From assembly GCF_009914755.1 (NCBI RefSeq), contig NC_060938.1: a stretch of 64,000 nt of DNA; one strand, 5' to 3'. The position numbers and the translations under genes were made by a program. Source of the stretch: the human T2T-CHM13v2.0 reference genome, Homo sapiens. Below are positions 29,540 to 42,857 of this stretch, piece by piece; within the stretch, counting starts at the first letter, position 1, and every line of letters begins with the position of its first letter. The notes beneath the pieces were generated by a model, which did not search any database, had not been told where the DNA came from, and was given only the letters and a program-made list of their open reading frames with translations.

Positions 29540-32500
29540 CAAACCAGCCCTGCACCCCAAAAAGCTCTACCTATATAATTTCATGTTTTATTAGCAACTC
29601 TATTTTCCAGTTGCCCAGGCCAAAATCTGGGAGTCTTTTTTAACTATTAGCTTACTTTCATACCACATGTCCAATCTATCAGGAAATATTGTCACTATCT
29701 TCAAAATATATACAAATTTAACCACCCAGCACCATTTCCAGTGGTTCTGGTCACTACTATATTTTACCTGGATTTCTACAGTAGCCTTGTGATTTGATTC
29801 TCTACTTCCACCTTTGCTCTTTATAGTCTGTTTTCAATAAAGCGGTCAATACGATCCACTTAAAACATGGGAGAAAACAAAAAAATAAAACTATAGGCCA
29901 ATATCCCTAATGAATATAGATGCAGAAATCCTCTACAAATATTAGCAAACCAAATCCAATAATAGTACATCAGAAAGCTAATTCATCATGTTGAAGCAGG
30001 CTTTATTCAGGGATGCAAGGGTGGATGAACATATACAAATCATAAATGTGATCCACTACATGAACAGAACTAAGAACGAAAACCATATGATAATCTCCAT
30101 AGACACAGAAAAAGCATTTGATAAAAGCCAACATCTCTTAATGATAAAACTCCTCAACAAACTAGGAATAGATGGAACATACCTCATAATAATAAGAGCC
30201 ATCTATGACAAACCCACAGCCAACATTATACTGCCTGGGGAAAGGATGAAAGCATTTCCACTAAAAACTGGAACAAGACAAGGATGTCTGCTTTTACCAC
30301 TCCTATTCAAATGGTACTGGAAGTCCTAGCCAGAGAAATCAGGCAGGAGAAAGAAATAAAAGGCATCCAAATTGGAAAAAGGAAATCAAATTATTTCTTT
30401 TTGGTGACATAATCATACACCTAGAAAACCCTAAATGATAATCGTGACCAGAAACACTGGAAATAGTGTTGGGTGATTGAATTCGTACATATTTTGAAGA
30501 CAGTGGTAATATTTCCTGGTGGATTTTATATATCAGAATCCTATACCTAGAAAACCCTAAATACTCTCCTGGAAGTCTCCTAGACCTGATTCAGTAAAAT
30601 CTCAGGATACAAAATCAATGTACAAAAACAGTAGGATTTTTATACAATAACATTCAAGCTGAGAAACAAATCAAGAACTCAATACCATTTACAAATGACT
30701 ACAAAAATAATAAAATACCTAGGAATACAGCTAACCAAGGAGATGAAAGATCACTCTGCAAGGAGAACTACAAAACACTGATGAAAGAAATTGTAGATGA
30801 CACAAATAAATGGAAAACATACCAAGCTCATGGATCAGAAGAATCAATATTGTTAAAATGATCATATTACCCAAAGCAATCTACAGATTCTAAACTATTC
30901 TTATAAAATTACCAATGCCACTTTTCAGAGTTGGAAAAAAAAATCCTCAAGTTCATATGAAACCAGAAAAAGCCTGAATAGCCAAAGTAAGCAAAAAGAA
31001 TACATCCGGAGGCATCACACTGCCTGACTTCGAATTTTACTATGAGGCTATAGTAAATAAAACAGCATTGTACTGATACAAAAATAAACAGATACATCAA
31101 TGGAACAGAATAGAAAAACAAGAAATAAAGTCACATATCTACTCACAACTGATCTTTGATAAAGTTGACAAAAATAAACAATGGGGAAAGAACACCCTAT
31201 TCAATAAATGTTGCAGGGAAAACTAGCTATATGCAGAAGAATGAAACTGAACTCCTATCTCTCACCATATAAAAAATTAAGTTAATATAGATTAAAGACC
31301 TAAATGTATGAACTAAAACTATAAAAATAATCTAAGAAAACCTAGGAAAAAATCTTCTGGACATTGGCCGAGGCAAAGAATTTATGACAGAGACCCTAAA
31401 AGCAATTGCAACAAAAAAAATGACAAATGGGATTTAATTAAACTAAAGTGTTTTTGCAAAGCAAAATAAGAATAATAATAATAAATAACAGACTAAACAA
31501 ATAACCTATAGAATGGGAGAAAATATTTGTAAATTATGCCTCTAATAAAGGACTAATATTCAGAATTTATTAAAAAAACATTAAAAACTAGGCAAAGGCC
31601 CTGAACAGACACTTATCAAAAAAAAAATACACACAGCCAACAAACACATGAAAAAATGCCCAACATCAATAATCAATAAAACCACACTGATACATTATCT
31701 TATATCAGTCAGAATAGCTTTTATTAAAAAGTCAAAAAAATAAATGTTGGCAGGAATGTGGAGAAAAGAAAATGCTTATACACTGTTGGTGGGAATGCAA
31801 ATCACTTCAACCTCTATGGAAAAACATATGGAGATATCTCAAAGCACCAAAAATAGCACTGTCATTCAACCCAGCAACCCCACTACTGGGTAGGTACCCA
31901 AAGGATAAAAAATCATTATATAAAAAAAGACACCTGCATTCATAGGTTTATCACAGCACTATTCATAATAGCAAAGTCATAGAATCAACCTAAGTGTCCA
32001 CCAAAAGATACTTAGTTGATTTGATAAGTAAACTGTGGTGTATAGATACAACATGGAATACTATGCAGCCATTAAAAAAAGAATGAAACAATATCCTTTC
32101 CAGCAACATGGGTGGAGCTGGAGGCCATTACACCAAGTGAGTTAACACAGGAGCAGAAAATCAAATATCACATGTTCTCACATATATAAGTGAGAGCTAA
32201 AGAAAGGGCACACATGGATATAAATTTGAAGAGAACAGACACTGAAGACTCCAAAATGGGGTGGGAAGGAGAGGAAAAAGTTTGAAAGATTATCTATTAG
32301 GTACAATGTCCAATATTGGGGTGATAGGTCCACTAGAAGCCCAATTCCCACCATTAGGCATGTAATACCCATGTAAACAAGCACATGTACCTCCTGAATC
32401 TAAAATTAAAATAAATAAATAAATAAACAAACATTGTAGATCGTATCCTCTTCAAGTCTTCAAAATATGCTTCACTCAGCAGGAAACACAAAAGGCCCTA

Positions 32501-33018
32501 CATCCTCTTCTTTCCCTCATTATCTCTCTGATCTTACCTCCTACTAAGGTCCCTGATCAACATGCTCTAGCCACAGAGGATGCCTTATGGTTTTTGGAAC
32601 ATAAGAGGCACACTCTCACCTCTGACCTTTGTTCTACCAGTTCTCTCTTTCTGGAACATTTTTCCCCCAGACTTTCATGGAGCTAACGTCTTCACCACCT
32701 TCAAGTCTCTGCTCAGACTTCACCTTATCAACAGAAACTTCTTATTAAAATTATAATCTCTTTTAATTTTAAAATTAAAAATTACGGTTTCAAATTACCA
32801 TTGCTTTGCTTTACTTTTTTTATTTTTTCCTTATAACACGAATCACCAACTAACATAATTTACTTTCAAAATTATATTTGTTGTTTATCATCAGTCTCTC
32901 CACAACTAAGAAACATTCAGGAAATCTCGATATGTATCTGTTTTGTTCACTGAGGTTCAAGTTCCAAATGCGAAGAACATAATCTGGCACATAGTAGGCA
33001 CTCAGTAAACATTTATTG
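29540..33018 (+). mobile_element. L2a split by an L1 insertion (29540-29868 and 32431-33018)
   Basis: ttccagttgcccaggccaaaatctgggagtc... and ...tctggcacatagtaggcactcagtaaacatttattg. Confidence 0.8.
29870..32430 (+). mobile_element. 5'-truncated L1PB-like element (2.55 kb)
   Basis: ORF2 RT remnants (29988-30329, GTRQGCLL), L1PB-type 3' UTR and A-rich tail at ~32402-32430. Confidence 0.9.
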
Positions 33019-34589
33019 CAAGCATAGGAAAGCCAACTGGTAACAGAAAGAGAGGAAAATAGATTCAGATAGAAATAAACATACAGAGACAGTTGAGGCA
33101 CTGTAAATGGGGAGCTGTATCATGCGCATTCTTAATGTTCTGTTGCTTATACAAGCTTTAGATGTAAAAAGAATTCTATTCTCCAGCCAGTAACAGTTCC
33201 TCCTCATCGATGTTGTAAAAGTCAGGTTCTCTTAAACCCATGCAAATCCTTACTTCTACCGTGCACTACCTGAAATAACCTGTTACTGTGATCAACAATG
33301 CCAAGCAAAAACACAAACAAAAAATATCCTAGACTATGACACGAAGCATCTACAAAATGTGTTTCAAAATAATTTCGGCTCTCAATATATCATGGGTTTT
33401 TAATATCTATAACTGAGTAGTATTCATATAAAAGACTTGATTATTAAATCTATTCATTAATATTCATCCATTATAAAAGCATTTTAAAGTAGACTTGCAT
33501 AAAGATAGCTAGTTGCAAAATTCAGAATCAATAATTCTTAGAGCAAACTTATTTTTATTCAAAAAAGCAAACTCAGGGGCTATTATATGTGGTGTTCTTT
33601 TTGAAGCCAGGCTGAAATACGAAAATAAAATAAACCAATTACTCAAAACTTCTTTAACCTTTCAATATATGTACCATGTTTATACCCTTGTGTTCTTCAT
33701 GTCCTTGTGTAATTTAACATTATGTCTATAAGGTCAGATACATTTTTTGCTTGTTAATTGAATAACCTTGAATAATTAGCTCTCTACTCATGAACAGATT
33801 TTTTCCCCTTTTTCCTTTGAACAGCTTCACAACATAGTGTTTAGCATTTGCAGTAAGATTTCAGGATAGTTCTTACTTTGAATCTCAAGTATTGACAGAA
33901 AACTAACTTTGTGGACTACAATTTGTCACATCAAACTTAATCCATTTAATATTCCAAAAAGGCTCTTAAAATTTCTAACTTCTTAAGAACATGCAATACC
34001 TAAACTGCTTATGTTTGGTGCATTTTTCCCTTTTTCATTTTTAATGATAATTTTCATTCCCGCAATCCTTGAATACACAGATGATCCAATGGTAATGAAG
34101 TGATTGAGTGCTTACCTTTGTGGGGTGCATTAGATCTTTCAGGCCACTTATGTCCATTTAGTAAATTGCTACTCCAATGCATTAAGTGGAACTCCAGTAG
34201 CCTAAAATTGTTAATGCACTTAATAATTTGGCACTTGTAATTGCCAGTGATGGTAGTACATTTGCTTTCAGATTCTCATAGTAATTATTATGAAAAAAGA
34301 ATTTGTGCCCAAAGAATTACATGATTGGCCATTAGAATTATATAGGCTCTTTAAAATTTATAATAAATCCCTTTGCCATCTAATATTAAATAATGGATAC
34401 TTCAGAAGATGCTGCCAGATTTTTTTTCTTCTCAAAATGCAAAATATGTTCCTCCATGCAATAAAAGAAGCCACATACCTATACTCTAGTAAATAACTCA
34501 GTGCTATATTTGCATTTTGTCTTTATATTTAACTGCATCACCACTGTAAAAAAAACCTCATGTAAAAGTAATATATTCTATGTTATGGA

Positions 34590-34868
34590 GGGAAACAGAA
34601 GTGTCAGGGTACAACGTTTTAGTTATGTAGGATGAAAGAGTTCTGGAGACCTAATTGACAGCATGATGGCTATAGTTAATAACACTATGTATACCTGAAA
34701 GTTGCTAAGAGAGTAGATCTTAAATCTTTTCAGCACACACACAAAAAGGTGACAAATACGTTAATTAGCTTGATAGTGATATTTGTTTCACAATATATGT
34801 ATATCAAAAAGTCATACTGTTCACCTTAAATACATATAATTTTCATTGTCAATTATACCTTATTAAAG
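34590..34868 (+). mobile_element. L1MA9/10-like 3' end
   Basis: ttctggagacctaa...gttgctaagagagtagatcttaaa...ttgtcaattataccttattaaag. Confidence 0.8.
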
Positions 34869-36104
34869 GTTAGAGGGAAATGATATCACAGAATGAAAAG
34901 GAATTAGGCAGATCCTTCCAATAGCTGAAAGAGTATAGCTTCCCAACCATAATGCAGAATCCCACATTTAAAACTCTACAGGGATTTTTTTTTTCTTGTA
35001 AGCATCAAAATTTTTTATTGAAAAAAACAATGGCTAGTTTTTATCCAAATTGAAGGCATAATCACATATTTCTAATTTTCTATGTTGCATGAAATGACTA
35101 CTTAGTTTTCAAAGGCAACCATGGGTGACAAGCAATTAGCTTTAGTCAATAGACTTCCTTTATGGCTCATTTAAAGCCACCCATTATCTCTCACTATGGT
35201 GCCGCTCACCTTTGTCAATGTAACAATCAGAGAAGCAGCATCTCTAAGATGATGCACTTTCCAAAGCATAAGCACATGTTACAGAAGATCTAATTCACCC
35301 TCCATGTTTCAATTCTAAAAGTTCAGCAGAATTCACCATGTGTTTTCAGGCATCCTAATTTCTTGGCATTCACTTCTTAATTAGTTAGTGAGAGGTAAAC
35401 CAAGCTCTATAATCCTGAGAGGAATTGATGTAAGGGCAGGGTTTAATTGGACGTTTAAAATCACTCGCAAATTGCTGTTATCCTTAAATATATGGTGTCC
35501 CTCCATCATGCTGGTGTCATTCAATGAGCTGATATTGATCAAGTCAGCTTATTAGCCAGATAATGAAACCACTTTGTTTATGCTTTGCTTCTGTAAATTT
35601 TCTGCTGTACTCTGTGAAGAGTTTCATCTCTGTCAAGTATAAACATCAAATGGCTTTATTTTACCTGTAACTCTTACCCACTCTGTTCTGTTACCATTAT
35701 TTTTGCTGAGTATCAAGATCACTTTTGAATATTTTAGTCTGATTCCATGACTTGTTACTCACCTTGGGTTATTACAACAATGTAATTCAGTTACTGAGAT
35801 TCTATCCTACAGATTTAAAAACGTAGATTCATGTTTACTTAATGTTCTTACCCTTCCCCCCTACCAGGGTCAGTAAAGCCCAGTAGCTTGCATTGTAGGG
35901 TGGGTAAACTTGGTCTGCTTCTCTCATACTGGCCTTTCCACTGTCCTTGCTCTCAGAGGGTGGGACAAAAAGGAAGAGGGAAAGATAACTGTTTTTTAAT
36001 GCCTGTGGCAATTTATCTAAATCTTATGATCAATCATACGTAACACAAGCAGCCACACACTGGAGATGATAAGGTTGTGGTCCTTTCTATGGTGGTCATT
36101 ATCT

Positions 36105-36451
36105 TGAGACAGTCAAGTATAAAGGGGTCCCTGGGGAATCCTCCACCGGCCTGTGCACTGGGTGAACCGGGTGGAGCTGCGGGAAGTTCGTGCCCTTTGG
36201 AGTGGGGAGGAGCCTGGCCGCTCCTTTTCCAGGATGGGAACCTGGGATTCAGTCTGTGAGATGAGGTCCTGTTAACAGGAACCCCTCTCTGGCTTTGCTG
36301 TGTTGTTTTTTTTTTTTTTTTTCCTTTTTCCTTTTCGCCCAAAAAATTCCGTTTCTCCCACCCTTCTATGTGTCCGTGAGCCTAATCTTTCCTGGTTGTG
36401 TGACAAGAACCCAGCTTTTAGCAGAAGCAAGAAGAAAGTCGTCCTACAGCA
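36105..36451 (+). mobile_element. MER61 solo LTR
   Basis: TGagacagtcaag...ggggaggagcctggcc...cctacagCA; exact TSD ATCT at 36101-36104 and 36452-36455. Confidence 0.85.
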
Positions 36452-36891
36452 ATCTCTTGTGTAGTTTATAGGATCAATGAGAAGAAAGGCAAAAACTTCA
36501 TTGAGAAGACACTATTTTAAATAGTCTCTCTAGGCATGGGGAATTTATTTTGGCTTGGGCTGCATCTTTCAGTCGCCTCCCCAGCTTGGGGGCTTTACAT
36601 TGCATTCCACTGTGTGGATCCTATTGCTCTATGTTGCAATAAGTGAGGCAAACTTGCTCTAGAAACTTCACCTACTTCTTATGTCCCACATCTGGGGGGC
36701 TACAAACACCAGAGATCTATCTTCACTACCTTTCAGAAACCTACGCTGCAGAGACAGTCTTCAGTTAGTCAGTCTCACAGTATTATTAAGTTATCCTGGC
36801 TGAAATGACACCTCACAGCCCTCAGGTGTGTGCTTCTCTGGTTGATTGATGCTTCTAAACTTTTTAACTATTCACTCTTCTGGTCTGTGTA

Positions 36892-37052
36892 TTTGTTTGT
36901 TTTTTTAAGAGACAGAGTCTTGCTCTGTCCCCCTGGCTGGAGTGCAGTAGCCCAATAGTGGCTCACTGCAGCCTCAAACTCCTGGGCCCAAGCAATCCTC
37001 CCAACTCAGCCTCCCTAATTGCTGAATTACAGGTATAAGCCACGTACCTGGC
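36892..37052 (-). mobile_element. Alu monomer (FRAM/AluJ right arm)
   Basis: Single-arm Alu with a T-rich tail on the left. Confidence 0.85.
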
Positions 37053-37109
37053 CCTATTTATTCATCAATAAGAGCTGTGAACAATACCTTCAGTTCATGG
37101 TTCTCAAAC

Positions 37110-37580
37110 TGAGAGGTGACAGCGTGCTGGCGGACCTGGCAGCCCTCGCAGCCCTCACTCGTTCTCGGTGCCTCCCCGGCCTCGTCCAGGCGCCCATTCT
37201 GGCCGTGCTTGAGGAGCCCTTCAGCCCGCCGCTGCGCTGTGGGAGCCCTTCTCTGAGCTGGCGGAGGCCGGAGCCGGCTCCCTCGGCTTGCCGGGAGGTG
37301 TAGCGGGAGAGGCACCGGCGGGAACCGGGCCTGCGCGCGGCGCTTGCGGGCCAACTAGAGTTCCGGGTGGGCGTGGCCTTGGCCGGCTCCGCACTCGGAG
37401 CGGCCGGCCAGCCTTGTTGGCCCGGACAGTGAGGGGCTTAGCACCCGGGCCAGCAGATGTGGAGGGTGCGCCAGGTCCCGCAGCAGTGCTGGCCCACCGG
37501 CGCTGCGCTCGATTTCTCGCCGGGTCTCAGCTGCCACCCCGCGGGGCAGGGCTCGGGACCTGCAGCCCACCATTCCTGAG
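37110..37580 (+). mobile_element. LTR12 (ERV9, C/D/E-type) 5' GC-rich fragment
   Basis: tgagaggtgacagcgtgctggc...gaggagcccttcagcccgccgctgcgctgtgggagccc...gggctcgggacctgcagccc; ends abruptly after about 470 bp. Confidence 0.9.
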
Positions 37581-39469
37581 AAATATGTGGGGTTCTATCA
37601 TCTATATGACATAGCATGTCTCCCCACATCTTCTCTTCTCTCAGACGTTATGAACTGCTTTTTCTCTTTCTGTTACCATCAATATTTTTCCCAACTTTGT
37701 AGCTTCTCATATTTTTTAGAATACCTGCTCTGGAGTGTCCCCTTTTTCTACAACAGAAAACAACTAATTCTAAACTCAGCCCCATCTGAAGCTAATATTA
37801 GACAGAAAGATGTAAGGAACCCTGACTCAAAATTTTGGGGCTTAGCCCCAAGTTAACATTCTTGCCATTTGGATCTTTGTTTTTGCTGTAATTCAATGGA
37901 ATTTAATTTAATAACCAATTAATTAGTAAATGCTTTGTGCTTGACACTTTATGTACTAGGAATAAATTTAAATAAGGAGTTCATAGTTTGAGAGAGAAGA
38001 CAGATGTCTAAAGAGTACTTATAAACAAATTAGGTAGTTACAGTATATTTGGGGAAGATTGAGGAAGCCAAAACTAACTCAGCTAAGAAGTGTATCATGG
38101 AAGAGGGAACACATAAATGGGTCTTATCAATAGGGTGATTAAATTTTGAGTTGCTAGCTTGAACTTTGACCCCTTCAATAATAGCTGTCTCCCCGAATGC
38201 CCACTCATCTCAGAGGACAGGAAGAATTCCAGGGCTTTATTTTCCTAAAATGTTCAGCATTTGCCAAGATTCAAATCAATAAAACATAATATTAAATTAG
38301 AGCAAGACAAAATAATATAAGCCATGCTAATAAAGTGATGAGGGAACAAGCCCACATGAACATAAAATAATAAAGAGATTTTAGTGTAAAACAGCAAAAG
38401 ACAGCATCTTGAAAAACTAGAATTTGAGAAAACATTGAGTAAAGTATGCATGAGGCCATTTTGTGCAGAAAGAAAAGAAGATATCTTGGAAAGGAAGACA
38501 TCATGAGCAAAATTATACAGTCAAGAGAGCAAAGGATATATTAATAAAATCAGTAATGCAAAGAGGTGGGAAGAAGAAGGTATTGGTAGAATTTGCTTAC
38601 TGATCAGATTCAAGAGAGATAATCAAGCAAAGAAAGATAGGAGTTGGACTCTAAAATTTTGGATGTTTTCTCTGGAAATATAGATTGGATAAAAGTTTAA
38701 AGGTAAGGCAATTGACTTCTCTGTATTTAGAAGTCAATTAGAGTTTAAATTATGAAACTTATTTTTCATATGTATGTGCCTTTTAGAGAGAGAGAGACAA
38801 GGAGTCAAAATCAGAAAACACTGGTCAGATTAAGTAACTAATCTGAACACCCAGCTTTGAATTGATAAATAATATATAACAAAAACTGAGTTAATTTGCA
38901 AGTAACCCACACAGAAATATAAAGATCTAAATATTCTAAATGTAAGGTAATTGCTTGGATATTAACTATAATGTTCATGCTACTTATTATAGACAGCAAT
39001 TCAATTTTTGATTTAATGATTTTCTTCTTTCTAAAGGTATTTGACATATCAGAAGTTGTAAATAATGGTAAATACATCTCCGATTTTTTTTACGGCCAAA
39101 ATGTGAGACCTTATCTGCAAATAGCCCCTTTCATCCATCTTCTAAAACAAAATGTGGTGCATAGGAGAAATGAGATGTGTACAATAATCAACACACCTCA
39201 TATGAATTTTAATATCACAATTGTTATATTTTAAAATTCTGTTTATTAAAAATCAATTATAGTTTTCAATCCTAGCATAATTGTTTGAGAGATATCTGAT
39301 TTTGAATTAATTCCATACATGTGCAATTCTTGATTTTTATTTTTTCTGTTCCTCCTATTAGGGGAGAAAGAAAGAAAAAAGGTTAATTTTTAGGTAATTT
39401 TCATTCATTTCATTTGATACAAATGAATGCTTTTTTTCTCTTTGTTTCTTTAGCATACATCATTTCAAT

Positions 39470-39780
39470 TAATTTCCTAAACTGTTCTTAAACCTATGAA
39501 GAGCAGATCATCTTACAACATCTTACAATTCCAATGCTTTCCTTCTCCCCGGCTTTATTATTATTTTTTATTCATAGCACTTGTCACAATTCAACGTATA
39601 AAGCAGTTTATTTTGTTTTGTTTGTGGTGGCAGTTTATACTTCTATTAGAACATAAGCTACCTAAGTGCAGGTATTTTTGTCGTTTATCGTGTTGTGTTC
39701 TTAATACATAGAACGATGCCTGGCTCATAGATGTCACTGATTTGTTGTTGTTCTTATTATCAAATGAATAGAGAGACAGA
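39470..39780 (+). mobile_element. L2 3' fragment
   Basis: catagcacttgtcacaatt...tagaacataagctacc...tagaacgatgcctggctcatag. Confidence 0.6.
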
Positions 39781-42700
39781 TACATTCTTGAACCCATGGC
39801 TTTAAAAAAGCCCATTACATTTGTGAATAGAAACATCTTATTACAACTTAGAAACTGATTAAACAAAAATGAAACAACTTTAACTATAATATCACTATGA
39901 AAGTTGTCGTTTTACAGAATCATTCAATCTGCGGAAATTTCTATTGATTGGGGACAGAATATGGTTGAAACAAAATACAGGTAATCCTCTAAATCCAATG
40001 ATGTTATTTCTAGGTTATTCTTCCTTTATACTTGCAACACAACCCTGGAAGGTTTGCTTGCAATAGCTAACCAGATAAGTACTAATTTACTTAAGGATAA
40101 AGAAAGTCAGGCTTGTAATAGCTTCTTTAGAAATGGGCATATTTACCCAAAGACTCTTTAAATATAGCTTCTTTCTCAATTGACTGCACAGCATCACAGA
40201 TTTTGTTAAGCTCCTGGTAAGTATATTTCTTTTTTTAAATTAAATTTAGGTTTTGGGTCAGAGCTAACTTCACAAAAAGATAGTTTGCTTATGTTATAGC
40301 CCCAGAGTTTTTAAGACACTTGCTTTATAGCTGTAACTAATAATTTTGCAAAATATCAGATCTGAGAGAAGTGAGGGCTCTGAGTAACTGATTTTGACAG
40401 AGCCTCACAGCATCCTTTCTCCAGAGTGTCTGCATTCTCTCCATTCACGACCACCATATTTTGGTCACTACAGCAGTTTCACAAAGCAAAGGGATACTGG
40501 GTTCATGGGCTGAGAGTAGTTTGTGGAGGCAGAGTGTTATCTTATTTTCAACGTGATTCTCCTTAATTTTGCAATGCAAAACCAAGAGTAGAACCAACAT
40601 TCACAAATACTGGGTGGGTGGGATATATTTAAGAAATATTTACTGAGAATTGAATAGAGCTACTGCAAGTAGGCACGTAAATATTTCATTCAAGACTTAT
40701 TACTGTTTCCCACCAAGAAGACTGAGGCTAGATTGCCTTAAATATAGAAAAGCAAAAGCTCACTTAAATTGATGATACTAACTTGAGAATGGGCAGTGTC
40801 ATACATCTTGTTCACATTGCATTCCCAGTTCTAAGCAGCATACCTACCTTGTAATAGCATACTCTATAGTTCTGTGGAATTCATGCATGCTTGAAGAAAT
40901 GAATTCAGAAGTAAAAAGAAAGCAGAATAGTCTAACTCCAGCATGACTAAGTTGTAAGGCCTATACTCTAGTTAGTACAGGCAACACATCTGCCTTTCCC
41001 TCAATACTAAGCACCCAACCAACTCACAATTAAAAAGAATATAAATCCAAATGTGGAAAAAAAACCCACAAAAAATCTCAGAGAAATATGACAAGACAAA
41101 TGATATCATTTAAACTACTTTTAAAAGAACTAAATGTGTCTTTTGTCAGCAAGTATTTCTTAGAACAAACTTTTCCTTTCTAACAGAAATTATATTTCAT
41201 GTAGGACACTGCTCTTATACTATCAAGTTGCAAAACTGTTATTTTTCTAAGCTTATTCTTTGGGACAGAAAATAAATTTATTCAAATAAATTGGCAGTAG
41301 CATTACTGGGAAATCTTTTCAGAAGAGGCATGACATTCTCCTTTGTGTATTCATTATAAATATAAACAATAATCCTGTTTATTTGACCGACTTACTTGAA
41401 TTCTGCCTTTATGAAGTTCATCTCTACTCAATTTCAACATAGAATTAACAGTCTAGAAATTCCTTCTTAATATTTATAGCCAGTTGGAAACAGTCATAGT
41501 ACTTCTCAACAAACTCTTTTATAGGGGTGAAGGGGAAATTACAAATAGATTTTCCTTACAACTAAGTCATGTCGTTTCTTTAGCAATATCAGTGCACTTG
41601 CACTTAAACCTCTTAGTCACACCAAGTACTTAGCGTGTCAGAAAAGTCTTTTATATATTTTTGATATCAAAACATTTCATATTATTACCATGGAAATTCC
41701 CGTTCTACTATAGAGCCTGTATTCAGTGCTAAGGATGAATGAAGAAGACTATTGAAGTTTAAACATTACGTCTTCCTTATACAATTTTCAACATGACTCT
41801 GAATCCAAAATGCAAAGTGTCACAAGGGATCTGAATCTGGATTATTCATGTGAAGACTGCTGTGTACAAATAACACTAAAATAATTGAAGTGGCTGCAGT
41901 TATATGAACTTTGGTTTATGCTGATACATTACAGATAATTTCAGACTAGGATGAACATGATTAAATTTTGATGAGAATGTAAATCTTTTCCAATTTTTTC
42001 TCCTTTGAACTTCTATATTATATACAGATTCATGATTCCTTGTCAAGAGATTAGTTTAGCTTCTGAGAGCTCATCCCCACAACATTTATTCTAAATTATA
42101 AGATATTTGGGAGAAATAATTATGTACCTAGAATTTTCAGTCATATGCTATATATGTATATGTGCTGATCTATGTGTCTATCTACATACATATATAACAA
42201 ATTGTGTGTGTATATATATTCATATACACGTACATATATTTAGATGCATAAACGTATTCATAATTTTATGCATGTGTGTCTATATATAATTATAAGTAAC
42301 TATAAGTTCTAATTATTGTCATTTCCTATTTTTTCATTAGTTTTGTCAGTCTTCTCATCATCTTTAAGAATATCCAGAATATGTTTACATATATTATGCA
42401 TTTAGATAAAAAAATTAAACTATCAAACACCATTAATACATTAATTCACTTTATATTTGCAAACAAATATTACTGGGATTATGAGACAGTGTATTATGGT
42501 GATGAATGTTAAAAGACCCTGGTTTTAGTTCTAGGTGTGTTATGTTATGAAGTCTTAGTAGGTCTGTTATAAAATCTCTGTACTCCAGTTTACAGATCTT
42601 TAGAATGAATATTCTATTATTTATTCTGACTATCTCACAGAACATTTGGGAATATCACATTAAGGTTTTATTAGATAATTTGAAGACAATTAAATCCTAT

Positions 42701-42857
42701 AGGCATTAATAATATTAAATCTTGTAATAAAACACATGATACAGCAGGAATAATAAAGTCTTTATTCTATACATTCTGATGTACAAATTTTAATGATTTC
42801 TTGAATTTTTTTCTATATATATACATTTTTATTAGTTTGGTTTCCTACATATTTAGT

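Noticed and set aside
32761-32780. Perfect 20-bp palindrome TTTTAATTTTAAAATTAAAA
   Set aside because: Pure A/T low-complexity sequence where such symmetry is common.
36105-36451. p53 response element in MER61
   Set aside because: Some MER61 subfamilies carry p53 sites, but no paired RRRCWWGYYY motif is visible in this copy.
37019-37629. Overlapping GC-rich ORFs suggesting a gene start or CpG-island promoter
   Set aside because: They lie almost entirely within an LTR12 fragment, and the scarcity of stops is explained by GC content.
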